Positions 36,312 to 38,482 of a DNA stretch of 38,482 nucleotides are shown piece by piece (within the stretch, counting starts at the first letter, position 1; each line of letters opens with the position of its first letter). The DNA lies in the IMG/VR virus record IMGVR_UViG_3300035307_000034, positions 1 to 38,482 of that record; one strand, given 5' to 3'. The notes under the pieces were generated by a model. It had not been told where the DNA came from, searched no databases, and saw only the letters and a list, made by a program, of their open reading frames with translations. The translations under genes were made by a program, and so were the position numbers. This DNA is from a virus. Lineage: Duplodnaviria > Caudoviricetes.

Positions 36312-36959
36312 AAATAAATATGGCGTGGTGCTTTTTTCCTGCGGCAGAGAAGAGCTTAACGCATCGCAAGATGCGAACGACAACAAAGTAAGAGGTGCGG
36401 CAGTTGTGCTTGCTGTATCCAGAAAGGTAGATCTATCATTCGCTAATCTAGAAAACATCGAAATAACAAACGAAAGCTTGTTTCAAGCGAAACTTGGATT
36501 TGCGAACTTTAAATCCGCGAAATGTCTATCCTGCAATTTCTCTCAAGCTGACTTGGAAAGCGTCCAAGCGCAGGATGCAAATTTTCGCAATCGATATTTG
36601 ATGGAGCCGACCTCAAGAGGGCCAGACTCGACAGAGCAAATTTGACCGATGCGAGCTTGGATCAGGCGGTGCTTTCTGAGGCGCGCATAGACGACGCTCA
36701 GATGCATGGCGCAAGCCTGACTGGCGCGAATTTCTTTGGGTGCGGCCTTGGCCACGCGAAAGATGCGCCGGTTATCATCGATTGGCTTGATTGGCGTGCC
36801 CACATATACGAAGACCGCGCAGAAATAGGATGCGTTGTTATACGTCGTCATTTCATGCCAGACGAAATATGGTGGGAAAATGACGATGCACGTGTGCACC
36901 TCAAGTATAAAAGCTTGCTTACAGCTATCTGGGAGACTGCGTTCCCCGAATCAGCCTGA
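36298..36959 (+). pseudogene. Pentapeptide-repeat protein split by a -1 frameshift at AAATTTT (36579-36585)
   Basis: The -1 frame continues the repeat register ANFSQ SIFDG ADLKR ARLDR ANLTD; C-terminus is homologous to that of 34344..35012. Confidence 0.75.
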
Positions 36960-37023
36960 TGTCGTAATTTATCTCGGTCAAGGTGGGGCCGAGATTGATT
37001 AATACATCGAAAGAAGGCGACAA

Positions 37024-37614
37024 ATGAAAGATTTAATCCGGAAAATATGCGAAAAAGCATTAAATGACAGCAACCCACATCAATGTCTCCATGGTGACCA
37101 ATGGGAAAAGAATCGAGGTATTCTGCGCGAGAGGTTTATTGCGTTTAGCAAGAGGCGTGGCCCGAGGATTGGCGACTACATCAAGAGGCTGGACGGCAAA
37201 ACATCGCGGTTGAGCGTTTCTTGGGAAGATACGTTCCAATCTGGGAGTGGGGATTATTATCTAGGAGATAATGGAATAAGTTTTAGCGGAAGCTGTGATA
37301 CGGGAATCATTAGAGAAAATCTGGAAAGAATTCCAGGGCATTGCAACGCCCTATTCTGGTTTTTTAAGGATGATTTTTGGTCGGCAAATAATGGGGTTTC
37401 TTTCAGTATTCCTGTGCGAGTTTACCAAGAAATAAACGTGTATCGTTATTTCGTAGAAAGAATTCCGCATATAACGGACAAAGATAGGTGGCGGGTTTTC
37501 GTTGGCATGGATTACCTTCGCGGATCAAACGGCCACGTTAAGCAATATATTAGCGAAAAGAAAGCGCGTGAAATTCTAGAAGACGCGTCGACGCGAAAAT
37601 GGGGCAAGAAATGA
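37024..37614 (+). CDS. Hypothetical protein
   Basis: GPRIGDY...SFSGS...FWFF...A.NGV pattern; GAAGG RBS. Confidence 0.65.
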   Translation: MKDLIRKICEKALNDSNPHQCLHGDQWEKNRGILRERFIAFSKRRGPRIGDYIKRLDGKTSRLSVSWEDTFQSGSGDYYLGDNGISFSGSCDTGIIRENLERIPGHCNALFWFFKDDFWSANNGVSFSIPVRVYQEINVYRYFVERIPHITDKDRWRVFVGMDYLRGSNGHVKQYISEKKAREILEDASTRKWGKK

Positions 37615-38066
37615 AAAATTACCTTGTCGTCAACAAAACCACTCAGGAAGTTTATGCGCAGATTGACGCACAAAACCTTGTCGACCTTCGCCATGAATGG
37701 GCAAGACGATGCGGATGTGAAGACTGGAATGACCTTTTGTCTAAGGCGTCGATTTCGATGGATGATGTTCAGGTTTACGTCACCATTCAAAACGATAACG
37801 CGGAATCCTCGACTCAGCCTAAGGAGCTATGTTCCATAGCACAGAACAGTATCGAATCATGGTTTTTCGTTGCGCTGTTGCATGGTTCCACCTACGCATT
37901 TTGGTTTCTTGAAGACAACGGCGTTGTGGTTGATCGTGGCTTTTCTGTGGACGGGAGAGGTGAATATACCGTTGAGAAAAGCGCCTATCGAGCTTGGGAC
38001 GACGTTCCTGAATGCCTTAAGAAAGCCTTGGTCGACAAAATTGAAAGGCTTAAATCATTGAGCTAA
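37611..38066 (+). CDS. Hypothetical protein
   Basis: ATGA coupling. Confidence 0.6.
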   Translation: MKNYLVVNKTTQEVYAQIDAQNLVDLRHEWARRCGCEDWNDLLSKASISMDDVQVYVTIQNDNAESSTQPKELCSIAQNSIESWFFVALLHGSTYAFWFLEDNGVVVDRGFSVDGRGEYTVEKSAYRAWDDVPECLKKALVDKIERLKSLS

Positions 38067-38087
38067 AACAATTTGCTCGAAATTTAC

Positions 38088-38122
38088 GCCTCTGATAGAA
38101 TCGCCTGTTACCTATCAGAGGC
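38088..38122 (+). terminator. Hairpin after the last plus-strand gene
   Basis: GCCTCTGATAG / CTATCAGAGGC 11-bp stem; no U-tract. Confidence 0.4.
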
Positions 38123-38482
38123 AATCACATGCTATGCAAAAACTGCCAGACAGCATGCATATCTACATATTGTAGCACAGCATGCAAGGTGGAATATCGA
38201 GCCGCCAACAAGTTAACGCAAACCAAGACATGCCCCGAATGTGGGGCGACAATCCATAATAAGCGTGGCGTCTATTGCGGCGAGGCATGCAATCGCAGCG
38301 CTGAGGAAAAAAGGCTGAAAGCGGCGATAATGGCGTGCGTCGCCAGTGGCATGTCCGTCCATGAAATCGCGCGGAAATATAAGACATGGCCACGCAAAAT
38401 TCACAAGTGGCTGCACGAAAGCGACAGGCAACAAGACGAAGACGCAACCGAAGATGTACCCGTTCCTGTCAGCGTCGCGCTC

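Noticed and set aside
38163-38447. Minus-strand ORFs at the window end
   Set aside because: No supporting signals; probably non-coding or upstream of a gene outside the window.
1-38482. tRNA, rRNA, reverse transcriptase/DGR or cas genes
   Set aside because: None recognised by eye; tRNAscan-SE and Rfam searches would be needed to exclude small RNAs.

Overview
This window is a 38.5-kb piece of a tailed dsDNA phage genome. The host is probably an alphaproteobacterium, inferred from the Rhizobiales-type ParB-like and DUF932 genes and the parS-like motifs. There are four blocks. (1) A minus-strand head/packaging module (1-6890): scaffold-like protein, GroES, portal, P22-type TerL split into two genes, TerS and several small basic ORFs missing from the ORF track. 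(2) A plus-strand block (6995-11634): DUF1064 nuclease, HNH, ParB-like and gp49/66-family genes. (3) A long minus-strand accessory block (11661-25311): solo IS607-type TnpB, ASCH-like protein, metallophosphoesterase, RNA ligase, HAD phosphatase, MarR, MazG-like, macrodomain and several intact or decayed HNH/AP2 endonucleases. (4) After a gene-poor divergence region (25.3-27 kb), a plus-strand array of early-type genes separated by a conserved stem-loop repeat, including DUF932 and four pentapeptide-repeat paralogs. The most striking feature is a 320-aa intein in the TerL Walker A motif. Its central region has no recognisable in-frame endonuclease but carries a complete HTH-HNH endonuclease gene on the opposite strand, with both frames open. 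Family assignments come from motif recognition by eye; no database searches were run.
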